A DNA stretch of 64,000 bases, taken from Gammaproteobacteria bacterium. GTDB taxonomy: Bacteria; Pseudomonadota; Gammaproteobacteria; Burkholderiales; Burkholderiaceae_B. Below are positions 63,643 through 64,000 of this stretch, piece by piece. The first letter of the stretch is position 1. Each line of letters opens with the position of its first letter. The stretch spans positions 82,508 to 146,507 of the forward strand of contig JAHIXK010000014.1 of NCBI GenBank assembly GCA_018815245.1. The letters are read 5' to 3'. A model generated the notes under the pieces. The model saw only the letters and a program-made list of their open reading frames with translations. It had not been told where the DNA came from and did not search any database. Both the position numbers and the translations under genes were made by a program.

Positions 63643-64000
63643 CGAACGGATCGGGTAAACGGAAATACCTTGGTCAAGCCAAGAATGTCGGTCACCAACA
63701 AAACAATGAACACGGTGAATAATATACCAAGAACACCGGCACCTGCAGGCGCATTTTCGATGTGAGCGGCCAATTTTTGTGCTTCTTCCTCGGTCATTGA
63801 ATCTACACGGGCTTTGGCCGCTTCAGGGCTTACGCCGCGAGCCTGCAGGGCTTTGGCAATGTCTTCCCTGTCAAAGAACTGTTTTAGTTCTGAACGATCC
63901 TGTTGTTGGTGCATTACTACCGCTTCTTCGGTGCTTACGATTGCCGCATGAACCGGGGCAACAATAAAGCTGCTTGAAAAGCTGAGCAGTACTGCCATTG
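63639..64000 (-). CDS. PA2779-family protein (5' end beyond the window)
   Basis: Signal peptide end PVHA-A, helical core, PAG followed by very hydrophobic GVLGILFTVFIVLLVTDILG; directly upstream of the PA2778-like gene. Confidence 0.8.
   Translation of the reverse strand, partial: MAVLLSFSSSFIVAPVHAAIVSTEEAVVMHQQQDRSELKQFFDREDIAKALQARGVSPEAAKARVDSMTEEEAQKLAAHIENAPAGAGVLGILFTVFIVLLVTDILGLTKVFPFTRSVR

Overview
A 64-kb, mostly core-genome segment of a moderate-GC betaproteobacterium. The gene orders exbBD-lpxK-ycaR-kdsB, xseA-sodB, icd/cspD/clpSA, ribF-ileS-lspA-coaBC-dut, radC-rpmB-rpmG and fumA/acs are Burkholderiales-like; the taxon is inferred, not determined. About 58 CDS, one tRNA-Ser(GGA), several intrinsic terminators and several readable operators were found. 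No CRISPR array, rRNA, transposase or integrase was seen. The most unusual items are: (1) downstream of tRNA-Ser, a hairpin-rich ~260-bp module that starts with an interrupted inverted copy of the tRNA 3' end, followed by an AT-rich stand-alone HsdR_N-type PD-(D/E)XK nuclease with several boundary repeats (candidate defence islet); (2) an AT-rich intergenic cluster of DnaA boxes and IHF sites between exbB and xseA that resembles datA/DARS; (3) a eukaryote-like dual-specificity phosphatase whose full domain has no canonical start and is one base out of frame with a translationally coupled ATG; (4) a translationally coupled PA2779-PA2778 peptidase-SemiSWEET-SDR operon; (5) mirror-image back-to-back CueR promoters and candidate operators for lipid genes. 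All functional names come from motifs recognised by eye; no database searches were run.
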